A stretch of 56,794 nt of DNA, counting the filler, from Dirinaria sp. TL-2023a (lineage: Eukaryota), in NCBI GenBank assembly GCA_051941275.1. It is 4 parts of 4 records of this genome, joined end to end, with 100 filler letters (N's around TTAATTAATTAA, not from the genome) between each part and the next. Parts side by side here need not be neighbours in the genome. Positions count along the whole stretch, not along the records: positions 28,486 to 42,605 come from JAVEBF010000624.1; positions 42,706 to 56,794 come from JAVEBF010000625.1; 2 more parts are not named here. The stretch is one strand, 5' to 3'. The notes under the pieces were generated by a model, which was not told the DNA's origin, made no database searches, and saw only the letters and a list, made by a program, of their open reading frames with translations. Below, one piece after another: positions 38,445-49,530 of the stretch (positions within the stretch are counted from its first letter, which is position 1; every line of letters starts with the position of its first letter). The position numbers and the translations under genes are program-made.

Positions 38445-38666
38445 CACCCTAGTCTACTGACATACCAGCGTCCCCATTATTCGCTCTCACCCATCAATGC
38501 CTTCAGTTCTTTGATTTCTAAGGATCAAAGTTCATCATTCCTTTGTTCTGACAGAATGCGAACTCAAGAAAACACATTTTCAAGCAGCGACGACGGACTA
38601 ATTAACCAAGAAAGTGTCACTCTTAAATCGGCAGACTGTTAATGTTTCAAGACGCCGTTGAAAAAA
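38445..38666. repeat. Dispersed repeat, copy B (between convergent MBOAT and fusion genes)
   Basis: Colinear similarity to 14515-14727, on a different contig. Confidence 0.75.
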
Positions 38667-38947
38667 GGACGGGGTTGCTGTTTGCAATCCTGATCCCGCG
38701 GCCCTTGAGGCAGTATCTAGACTTATCCGAATAAATGTTACTTCTCTAACATAGCAGCGTACATGTGGAGGCCATTATCGATTCAGCCATAGATTCTGCC
38801 TGGCTGGGTTTAGCAGGGAGGGCGGCACCCAGTATCAAATACATGAACAAAAATGCTGATGCAGCGACGAGGAATGCTTGGCTGGAACAGCAACATCGGA
38901 GCATTCCTCAAGACTCAAACCGGCAAATATTCAATTCTCTCAAGAGA

Positions 38948-41900
38948 TTATGGTCTGCCGACAGCCTCCACTATCTCCTCATCCTGCAACTCCCTCACAA
39001 CATTCTGCAACAAGTCGGTTTCCAATCTCTCTGCATCCACAGTCCTAACGCTGGGCGTTGGAGCCTGGATATCCTGCTCCACACAATACCCAAAGACATT
39101 CATAAAAGCCTGCACTGTCTCCGCATCCATGTGTCCGGCCAACGCCAGATCGATCACTTCTGCCGCCTTTTTATGGAAGTCCAGGGACCCTCCAAAACCC
39201 CCACGGCGCTTGCGCTCAGGACTTTGATGCAACGGGATATTGAGCATATATGCCCACGCAGCTAATATGGCGTAGATCCCGCACGTGTTTCCCCCAGAAG
39301 GAGGTTGGCGAGCCACAGGTGCGTCAGTTTCCAAGACGAATGAGGGGGTGTTTTGGAGCGGAACACGATCCGGGGAAACGCCAAGCCAGCCGCTGTAGGT
39401 GATGAGACTCTGATAGGTCATGCGGATCTCGTCGGGGTGGACTTGACCCGGACTACTGTCGAAGACCGTGGCTGTGATGTTATTGGGAGCCTGCGGGTCC
39501 TTTTCAGCTATGACGAGGAGCAGGTGTCCAATCGGGACCCCTTGCTCCTCTTGAGTGTTTGCCGAGCTCCGAGAGCCTCGAGAGTCGCGAGAGCCGGTTG
39601 GTTTATTCGATCTCGCCCTGAGGTTATGCCCATGCGCTATAATATTCTCATACGCCTCCCTGTGGCTCATGGTAAACAGCAGAGGCATGATGAACGGACC
39701 GTTGGTACCACACGCTGTCATCTGATACTGCATCTGAGCTTCCTGTGTACGGCAAAACGTAAAAAGGTCGACAGTGCCAAAGCCAAAGATCGTCCCCTGC
39801 CGTCTGAGAGGGATCCAGAATGCAGCTATGCCGTTCACGACGTCGTCATCGGTCAGATTCTTGTGTCTGGATAAGGAGATCTCGTTGGCTCGCTTGCCTC
39901 TAGCTTTTTGATGTCGATCGAGTCCTCGATCGAGCTTTTGCTTCCAAGCATGCTGAGAGCGGATGAAGAGATCTTGATGCTCTCGTCCCCTACTGTGTCT
40001 TGTGCTCATAAAAGTTTTTGTAATAGATGAGAAGGCTTAGCCTGTTAGCACTCCTTCTTGTCCACCGGTATATGAGAGCTTACCGCTTCGGTCTAGCTTA
40101 ACAGACGGTCCATCCGGCTTTCGTCGTTTCACTGATTCTGTTGTCCCTCTTTCTTGCTCTGGGTCCACATGGTCGAAGCCACGTTTGCGGCTTTTGTATT
40201 CCTACACAGCCAGTCAGTGCCCTTGGATCTTGTCTTTCTCATGACCTTTAGGTGATGGAGATCCTCAATATGTCAACATTGAGCCACACAATATCAGGTA
40301 AGCATCCTACAAGCTTTCTTTCTAACAAATTAAAGCCTACTCACCGATATCTCAGGACTGTAGTCGAGAGCCGCGATATTCCGCCACCAAAGTGCAACGG
40401 AGTTGTCAACTTCTATCACACAAAAATCTGGAAGCGGGCCCGCAAGCATATATATTTCAACATCAACTCCATTGACCCGGAAAAGTCGATGGCGTCTGTT
40501 GATCACGAAATGATCGACATGACCGGTTGCTGCACTTTGCACGGGTAATAATTCAATCGAGGGGCGACTTTTCTCCAGTACCTCAACTCGTACCTCAACC
40601 GGTTTTGGTGTGCTTGTCACGGGTTGAAGTACAAGAGGGGGTCTAGATGGAATTAGTGAACCTTTCTCACATATCAAGGACTCCGAAATAAAGGTTTCGG
40701 ACGCAATCAGAAACCCAGCAGAACAAAGTTCCCCATGATCGTCGCCAATGCTACACTTTAGGAACAAAACAGCAATGCCTTAGTCGATCGGCCAGATACT
40801 CAGGGTATGCCGCAAATGAAATACACACTTACAGATCAATCGTATTAGGAAGCGAGACAATTTCGAACGCAGGGCGATAGACAGCGTATTGACTACGAAC
40901 CTGATCGCCCGATCGCCTGGTGATATTCATAAACCCCTTGCTCGGCTCAAGATAACAAACCAGCCCGGATGGTCTAGTATGGTCAAACAACGCCGCCCTC
41001 TTGCGAATCTGATTCCTCGTCGCACTTGCGGAGCAAAACCCGATGACCCTCTCATAGAAAGCCCTCACAAGCTCGGAATGCCGTCTTCTCAGCCGAAACC
41101 TCCACAGCGTCCACCGGGTCTCAACCTTCCCAAGCGGAGAAGGCAGAACCGCCGGTCCAAAAACAGGACGGGCATTCAACCCTGGTGGCAGGGAATCTGT
41201 GTTCCAACTCGGCAACTGGGCCGAATATCCATTCCCCTTTGCGGTCGAGGGCGCCAAGGTCCTGCTCACGGAGTCACTAAACTCCTTTACCAGATCCTCG
41301 ACCCCGCTCTTCTCCTCCCCCTGCACCTCAGGCAAACCTTCGAGATTAATCAGCGTGTTCAGATCGATCTCCATACTCCTCCGCCAGCCAGCCAGACATC
41401 TGCGATCGAACCCGCGCGCAAAAAGCGGTTCACTCAGGGCGGTGTAAAACGCCCTCGCATCGTCCTCCAGCCCAAGCAATCGGAGCGAGAGGATGATGCG
41501 GGAAATACTCGCATGGTGGTGGTTCGGCACCGCACTGATCCATCCGGCGCCCGCATGCCACGGTTTCGGGTATCCGGGCGTTCTCACCAATCTCATCTCC
41601 CTGCTCTCTCCTTCTTCGCCCTCCTCCTCCTCCTCCTCCCTCTGATCCTCATGACTACTGACCCCCTCCACACTGGCCGAGTACTGGAACCCGTAAAACC
41701 CCAGCATGAGCAAAAACGCCCTGCGCAGCCGCGCCCGCAGTTCGGGCCTCGTCCGGAATTCCTGCACGACCGAGCGGTCCACGCGAGGATGTCCCGCTGC
41801 GCGGGGCTTCGTGAGCGGGAAGAGCAGGTGGATGTAATCGTGGTGGCGCGCGAGAGAGGCGTGGTTCCAGGTTAGAAGGTGGGAGAGGGTGCGGCCTGTG

Positions 41901-41965
41901 GTGTCGGCGGCGGCGGCGGAGAGGGAGAAGAAGGGGATGATGGGGGCGCTGGGGAGGGAGTTCAT
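38948..41965 (-). CDS. Predicted 878-aa multidomain protein: OGFr_N-like domain + unknown middle domain + Ulp1/SENP-like (clan CE) cysteine protease domain
   Basis: Exons 41965-40833, 40642-40345, 40201-40084 and 40035-38948 splice in frame (2637 nt) via GT-AG introns with CTAAT/CTGAC/CTAAC branch sites. N-terminal GRTLSHLLTW...HDYIHLLFP...MLGFYG...ISRIILSLRLLG; C-terminal GHLLLVIA...VFDS...RQPPSGGNTCGIYAI. Confidence 0.68.
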
Positions 41966-42547
41966 CTTTTTTTTCCTTTCCTTCTTCTGTACGAAGAAAA
42001 ACGAGCCCCAAACCAACAACAGATCAATTAAGATGAAAAAAAAAAAAAAGAGAGTAAATGGATGATCCTCGAGAAGAAGATGGGGGGACCCAAGAAAGAA
42101 AAGAAAAAAAAAATCACATATTCGGGGGAAAGCTTCTTTGTTGCATTGTACATACATAACCCACTACTTGGATGTAAATGGCCGGAAACGGCCACACCTG
42201 CTCGACTGTGTATGTAGACCACCTCCCTCTCCAAAAAAAAAAGTAAAAATAAAATAAAATAAAATAAAGCTAAAAAAAAAAAAAAGGGCAAATACCAGCC
42301 CTCTAGCAGCCCGCTTCCTGAATCAACATATCGCAAATCTAACGATCAAATAATCAAATATTCTCTATATATACCTATACAAATACATCAAATCTTCTCT
42401 CTCCCACACGTCTTTTCTCATTCGTAAACGTATCCATTACGCGTATTAAGCTTATATCTCCCCACCTCTCTCCCCCCTCTCTTCTCTACTCAAAAAACAA
42501 ATCACATGTATATGTATATTCGAGCGCTTTTCTTTTTTCATTCTTCT

Positions 42548-42552
<5 letters not shown>

Positions 42553-42605
<53 letters not shown>
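42553..42605. repeat. (CT)n microsatellite at contig end
   Basis: Perfect ctctct run abutting the spacer. Confidence 0.95.
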
Positions 42606-42705
42606 NNNNNNNNNNNNNNNNNNNNNNNNNNNNNNNNNNNNNNNNNNNNTTAATTAATTAANNNNNNNNNNNNNNNNNNNNNNNNNNNNNNNNNNNNNNN
42701 NNNNN
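42606..42705. other. Artificial contig spacer
   Basis: 44 N + TTAATTAATTAA + 44 N. Confidence 0.97.
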
Positions 42706-45102
42706 GGTAGGAGGGGAGGATGTAGATAGGGGGGAGAAAGGAGGGTTTTCCGTCTACGACCCATGAATAGGATTTTCTTTACATTGGGCTTCGTTGATTG
42801 ATGTGTCTCGCTCTCCTCATTTAAAGCAAGCAAGGTAGCCATTTGCGGATGTTGATGATCGGTTGAAGATATTTGCGATGGAGATTAAATAGGTAAGAAC
42901 TGAGTGGAGGTTGGGAGTGAAGGATTAGATAACACCGAGTTTGAGGAGGAGGTGGTGTACTGCATAGGGTCAGTAGGATTCCGGAAAGAACTCGTGAGGG
43001 TAAGGTGTGAGAAGGAAGGTTCTGGATGTTGCGTGCTTTTGTGGATGCGATCCTTAGAAGGAGATCGTTCATTGCTGAATTTTATCTTCTCGAAAGGTAC
43101 TGAGGGGCACCTTGACGTCCTATACTGGCTCCTATTCTCTAATTGTTAGTTCTCTGAGCAGAATACAAGGCCGATAGACCTACGTGTTGAATTAGATAGA
43201 TTTTCGGTTCTTGTTCTAGCTGATCATTGACAGTTCTCCTATTAATCAGCAATGCGACCGAGAGAATTACCTAGAAGGCTTGGAAGTTAACCCGGGGTCT
43301 AATTCCGTCCCCACGTCTCTAGCTTATTGAATTACGACCTGTACTTGCTCCTTTATCTAACCCTGCATATGCTTCTCTTCCGCGCTCGCTTCACTGATCA
43401 ACCTACTCCTTCTCCCACGAAAAGACCGGCAGGAATCTATTATGCCATGACGGGTAGCAGTCGGCAGTGAGGTGAAGGTAGGACGATTCCTCGGGAAGGG
43501 GATGTAAATAGGGAGTCCAAGGACAAGGAATAGTGCAGGTTGAGAGTAGGGCAATGCAAAATTGCGTAGAAGAAGGTGGATTGGGGTATATAGAATTCGA
43601 GGTTGTGTATTGCTTTTGCGTGTGCGATTTCTGGAATATGGCTACTCTTGGGGGATATGTGCTTCGCTGAGAACCTTCGATACTGTGAACTATTCTTTTT
43701 GATTCTTTGTCAGTTGGTGTAACAAAATAGGGAAACTCATGGAGCGTTTTCGTATCTATATCTTAAGGCTTTCTTTCCTACTCCTATTCATATTCTCGAC
43801 TAGCCTTGTTCTGACCTCCCAAAGCCACATCGGCGAACCTTCTTAAGAGCCCACTGTTTATATTGAAATGCTCGTTGCTTCATCTCTTTTCTAGTTTCAC
43901 GCCGTCTTTGAAGAGTCAACTTGGGTCCATGTCAAGTACGCTCTCGCTTCTGCAAGTCGATGGGATGTAGTCGGCCAATCTTTTGAAGGCGACACCGTGT
44001 CCACTAAGCGCAACCACCCAGATACTGTCGCAGAGATATAACTTGGACCTATTGATGAAAACGAGATGTATGCGACACAAGTTTCGTAGATCAGAGTGCA
44101 CAGGACTCTCAGCCTCCATTCTGTAAGCTACTCGTGAGGTTGTCGGTCGGGACCCTAATCTATGTCAGTACGATGCCCTTGCCGATGAGTCGCGCACATG
44201 CATCTTGGTATGGTAAAGCCAAACATACCTCTCCTATAAAAGACCCCATCGGTGCCCAGCAGATAGTCAGACGACGCATCAAAGCCGATCGAAAGAATTT
44301 GTTGGCGCATGATGCGAATGTAATCGAGATTGCCGGCAAGACATTACAGTCTGACGGGTCGACTCAAATCTCCAGCGCATCTATCTTTGACGGTCTTCAT
44401 TCGCTTGAGAGCATCCCTCTTCTCTTGACTAAGATACGAGGTTGATGAGTCTGCTCTGATAGATCTCAGAAGCTCGAGATAGGCTTGGCTTTCCAGAAGT
44501 GTATGTTATAACTGAAGACTCCTAGGCCGCCAGCAAGGTAGGAAGTCATTCCTAGTATGAATGGAGGAGATGCTGTGGATGTCTGTGTCCAATTTTTGAG
44601 GCGAGGGCTGCGATGAGAGGCTATGGTTTCTGTTGAGGGTTGCCAGTTGTAAACATGTTGAAGGATTGGGAAGTCTCAGGTTAACAGAATGAGTCTCTTT
44701 GATCCTATAAAGAAAACACTTTAGCCATGCTGCTGGTTTATCCTCGCACTAATAGAAGGAGTATTACCTAGACTTTGCATCCCTGCCCAGGCTGAGATAC
44801 AGCATTCTTGCTTAAATGAAGTTAAAACTCGCCTCGAGATTGGACTTCTGTTAAAACGTTCGTCACCTCTTTAAGTTCAAGATCTGCCAATGAAAACCGG
44901 CTCCGCCCCGATGAATGCAGTGATCTTCGCTCGCATATCTGATTCCGCTTTCTCGAAGAAGAAATCGAGACAGTTATTTTGTATTTGATGCTCAAATAGC
45001 TGTCAAGAGTAGAGATCGCAAGATGCAGATAGCAAGGCTGGGAACTTGTTATAATAAAGAACCTCCTGTGAGCCTGGGCCAGTGTGCAGGCCTCCAGAGC
45101 AA

Positions 45103-45367
45103 GCTATGATGTCGTCTTGTTCACGGACTAATGCTTCACATTCCCTTAGGGCCAGCTTAGACCTTCCGGAAACTTCTGTGAAGGGTCTTCCTCATGCAAC
45201 CGCTTCTGCAGGTCTTTTCCTGCAGTGTCGAGAGCACGCTATGATGTTGTCTTTTTCTCGGACTAATGCTTCACTTTCCCATAGCTCCGGCCTAAACCTT
45301 CCGGATGTTTCTGTGAAGGGTGCTTGTCATGCAAGCACCCCTGCAGATGATTTCCTGCAGGGTCAAG
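45103..45367. repeat. Two diverged tandem copies of a 135-bp unit
   Basis: GCTATGATG...CGGACTAATGCTTCAC...CCTTCCGGA...TTCTGTGAAGGGT recurs at 45103 and 45238. Confidence 0.85.
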
Positions 45368-45812
45368 CCTCAATATTCTTCTTGGATCAAGCTGCATGAC
45401 ACGCCTCAACGTTTTTGTGAATATATTGTCCCCACTTTTGCCACAAATGTCCTGCCATTCCATTACCTAATCCCTCATTGACATCTACCCATCCTCGCCA
45501 CTAGACGCTATAGCTCATAGGGTAGTTTATGAGAGCTTTTCTGCCAGCTTTGCAAGCTCTTCAAAGAGAGAACAATGGCTCTCACCCCACCATCTGCGAT
45601 ATAGCTGCTGAGAGCTTCGTATCATGTCCCATAAGTCCTCTATGGATAGCCCAGCCGATCTCGCTGCCACAAGCTCCCCAGTAGTTGCCGAAGTGCCCTT
45701 CCCAGATCTTGTCCCAATCCAGGCTATAACACAACGCCACCGCTACAGGGTCTCAGCCTGACGAATACCCTTTTCCGTTTTTGACAATTGAATGAACAGA
45801 GACGTATTTCCG

Positions 45813-46134
45813 CCCCAAAATCACATGCAACCCCCACTTTCTTTTACTCTAGTGCCAGTGTTCCTTGAGATGAAGACTCATTCCCCTTTTTGAGAGCTCA
45901 GAGGTGATGTTATAGAAGTTGAATAGCTTGTGGCACCCCAAAATCTGATGAAGCATTCCTTTTCTTTCACTTCAGCGCCCCAGTAGCTCTTGATATGAAG
46001 ACTTATTCCCAGCTCTTGAACATTTGAGGCGATTCTATAGAGGCTCAACAGTTTTTAGCACCCCAAAATCGATGAAGGAGCTCCTCTCTTTCACTTCAGC
46101 CCGGTAGGCCTTGACATGAAGACTCATTCCCAGC
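45813..46134. repeat. About 2.5-3 diverged tandem copies of a ~125-bp unit
   Basis: CCCCAAAATC and ATGAAGACT(C/T)ATTCCC each recur three times (ATGAAGACT near 45870, 45995, 46117). Confidence 0.8.
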
Positions 46135-46846
46135 GATTGCATCATCTAGGTGTTGCACCGGAAGCTGTGGCAGTCGGGGGTATTTAAAAACTTTCCTTTC
46201 CTCACAAATCTGCTTTCTTTCTCTTCCATATTCCAGACTCTCCAAGTCCTTCTTTCCATTGTACCTACCTTGGAATAAGCTCCTCAACTCCCTATACCAA
46301 CATAACTTCCCTAATATCAAGCTCTTCAACTGCTTATACAAAGTCATCAAGCTTGAAGCAAACTTTCTCAGGTTTCACTTGCCTTCCTCAATCCTCTTCC
46401 ATTATACTGCTCCAATAACTGGTCCAACTTCATGGAGCTTCGTTTCTGAGGTGGCAACTCCTCACTCATTAGGATATATCTTACTCTATCCATTGACCGT
46501 ACCTTACCTAATCTCTTCCAGTTCTGTCAATTCACAAGGCGCGCAGCTTGGTCTGTAATGGTACTTCAAGTGGCTTATGTCACCCATACAGAATACCATT
46601 GTTGTTGACAACCTACTTTAAGCTTCCACTTATCTCCAATCTACTCGGCAATCTCGTGCTGCTTCAAATGTAGCTTAAGGTTGAAACCTTCTGTGAAAAC
46701 GTCGATCTTTGCTTATAAGCAAGCGCCTGCCACAATGTCAGTATACTTTATCACTCATGACATCAATCACATCTTCTCTCAAGCTCATATACTTCTTCTG
46801 ACACAACTTCTATCACTTCAAATGCATTTATTCATACATATACTTT

Positions 46847-47410
46847 ATGACTTTAGAGCTTACCTTAACCTCCGCTCACTCGCGTTTTTCTCCTTCCACC
46901 AGCCTTTGTGACCTGCTGCCATCGAAGAAGTGGCTATCTACTCCGCTCACATGTAGTGTATGCGGAAAGCGAGATCCTGGAGAGAGGGTTCAAACACAAG
47001 AAAGACACCAGGGTCTCAAGAACGCCGAACGCCATCACGGCCGCCACCACCAGGTCTGCATCAGATGTGGGAAGCCCTTCCGGGCCAAACCGTTACGACC
47101 TTACGTCGAGGATGCCATGAGCAGCAGCCGCACATCTATCCACATATGGCTGGTTCGCATCCAGAGAGAACAGATCGTGCACCCGAAAACAGGAGAAAGC
47201 CAAGAACCCAAGCAACTAGACAGGCTTCTACTCTCACTGATGCACGAGGCCAAGACCCAAGTACAAGCAGAATCCAACGAGATCCTCAACCTGACTCTTT
47301 GCGGACAACTTCATGCTCATGCTCAAGACTCTGGTGACGAAGATGATGAAGACTATGACGAGATGGAGAAGGGTAAGTGGTCGCTTTTGGGTTGCATAGT
47401 ACATAGCTAA
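46847..47410 (+). pseudogene. Possible Zn-binding protein exon (CxxC...H..H...CxxC, acidic tail); intact status unclear
   Basis: CSVCGKR...HHGRHHQVCIRCGKPF and DSGDEDDEDYDE, followed by a GTAAGT donor. No clear start, and the downstream sequence is interrupted by a minisatellite. Confidence 0.35.
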
Positions 47411-47537
47411 TGAAGAACGCTGCAGAGATTCGTCAAATCACCTCGAGAGTTCTGACCAGAACTGCTGAGACGAGGGCCACTCGTTCCTCTTCGGCAAGAA
47501 GAAGGCCTAGAGGTCAGGAAGTTGGAGATGAAGCTGA

Positions 47538-47870
47538 TCGCGTTGAGCTGGGGGCCGATCGGAAGCCCAAAGGGAGGACTCGAGTGCATCCCGCAAATAG
47601 CCTCCAGCCTCTCAAGCGCCGGTCGCGTTGAGCTGGGGGCTGATCGGAAGCCCAAAGGGAGGACTCGAATGCATCCCGCAAATGGCCTCCAACCTCTAAA
47701 GCGCCGGTCGCGTTGAGCTGAGGGCTGATCGGAAGTCCAAAGGGAGGACTCGAGTGCATCCCGCAAATGGCCTCCAACCCCTCAAGCGCCGGTCGCGTTG
47801 AGCTGGGGGCTGATCGGAAGCCCAAAGGGAGAACCCGAATGCATTCCGCAAATGGCCTCCAATCTCTCAA
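47538..47870. repeat. GC-rich minisatellite, ~3.9 copies of an 85-bp unit
   Basis: CGCGTTGAGCTG starts at 47539, 47624, 47709 and 47794 (period 85); copies are highly similar. Confidence 0.95.
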
Positions 47871-49033
47871 GATTAATTGCAGGGATCGCGCATCAGTACT
47901 GTCGAGAAAGACTTCGACCTACATGGCGTAAGGAATATGAAGAAGGGTATCAAATCTGCTGCTGCCCCTTCACTACTATCAATGAGAACCAGACACCTCG
48001 GCCTGCTAAGTTTTGCCTCCGAGTTTATCATGATCTCACACGATCTATTCTGTCAAAGAAAAGCCACCAAAGAACTCTCTGCAGGAGCCACTATATAGCC
48101 GACCAAAGACAATATACCTCAAGTGCCCAATCAGCCTACCTTCACCTCAAAATTAACCCAGCTGCATTCAAAGAAGCCCGTTTCTGCAACAACAGAGGAA
48201 AACGACAAGAAAATCCGCAAAGTGAAGCCTTCAGGGGATGTAAGAAGGAGTGAAAAGGGTTTGGAATATCGCGAAGATTCCGACGAAGGTCGAGATCTGT
48301 ACCTTGATGCTCATACGGTTACTCCAGCCGATCTACTTCCTCTCGGAACCAACTCGGCGCATTAGCTTAATGCAAGGCATTGGAAAAGAAACTAGGACAC
48401 ACAGTCCATATCCTATCACAACTCGCCCCATTACCTTATACTAAGAGCCTCCAAACCAGGTCTCGTTCAACAGATCCATCGATCCTATTTGACAGAATAA
48501 CAAGAAAAGCTCCATTGCTAGAAGAGAAATGCAGACACGGTACGGTGCTGGCGGGAATGGAGCAGGTAGGGTCTTCTATCAAAGATCAAAGAAAAATGCT
48601 TACACATTTCCTTCAGGTGGCGGGAAAACCTTTCGCGTTTGGGTCACGATCCTTTCAAAGACAGCTTTGCATTAATAAAAATTAGCCGAAGAGCAGACAT
48701 ATGCTCAAGACAATGCAAGGGACCATTCCAGTGCACAACGCTTGTCAAGATGCTTCGGATTATATCTTAATCCTGCTCTGGACCCTTGAACAACGTCAGA
48801 AATTACCTTAATTGTCCAGCCACGGGCGCGCGCCGCGGATCTAATTTTAGCCGCTCGGCCCTGTTCTAGCACTCCCGAGCAGCCAGTCATGGATCTTGGC
48901 AGGAACCAATAGATGCCCTGTGCAGAAACCCCCCATGGAAAAGAGAGCTTCGTACAGGAGCGAGTTCATTTCTTTCATTACAAGAGAAGGTAAGCACCGT
49001 CCATTCTATTTCTTGCCTTCTCCGACACATTTT

Positions 49034-49530
49034 TGTTAGCTCTGACCTGACGTACTCTTAGTCTCGGAGAAGTGACAGCAAGAGAAGCGAAAGACCGTCA
49101 ACAGAGAGGATATCCTCTTAGTCATGATGTCGCTGATCTTCTGAAATTACGCGAAAGCGCTCAAGATTTAAGGAAAATCGATCAACGCAGTAAAGAAAAA
49201 ATAATTGTTCTGTAAGCTCTGATCTTACGGACTCTTAGCCTCGGAGAAGTGTCAGCAAGAGAAGCAAAAGACAGTCAACAGAGAAGATATCCTATTGGCC
49301 ATGACACTGCTCGGCTTCGAAAATTACGCAGAAGCGCTCAAGACTTAAGGAAAAGGGACCAACACAGTAAAGAATTTTTTTCTTGTTAGCTCTAATCTTA
49401 CGTACTTCTAGCCTCGAGGAAATGTCAGCAAGAGAAGCGAAAGACGAGAATATATTCTCTTCGCCATGACATCTCTCGGCTTCGAAAATTACGCAGAAGC
49501 GCTCAAGACTCAAGCAAAATTGATCAACAC
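49034..49530. repeat. About 3 diverged tandem copies of a ~175-bp unit
   Basis: CTCGGAGAAGTG(A/T)CAGCAAGAGAAGC(G/A)AAAGAC near 49063, 49240 and 49413; AAATTACGC...GCGCTCAAGA also occurs three times. Confidence 0.88.

Noticed and set aside
40889..41875. 328-aa + strand ORF
   Set aside because: Antisense shadow of GC-rich exon 1 of the OGFr_N-like gene; Pro/Arg-rich with no motifs.
41966..42157. N-terminal extension of ORF 40829..42157
   Set aside because: Translates poly-T/poly-A tracts (FFFF, KKERKKK). ATG 41965 is the plausible start.
43357..43364. CTAACCCT as a canonical TTAGGG template
   Set aside because: Too short, and I saw no surrounding pseudoknot or long-range helices.
47538..47870. 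CRISPR array or Illumina adapter concatemer (units contain GATCGGAAG)
   Set aside because: Units repeat along their whole length with no unique spacers and the context is eukaryotic. The adapter continues AGATCGGAAGAGC, whereas this reads GATCGGAAGCCC/GTCC.
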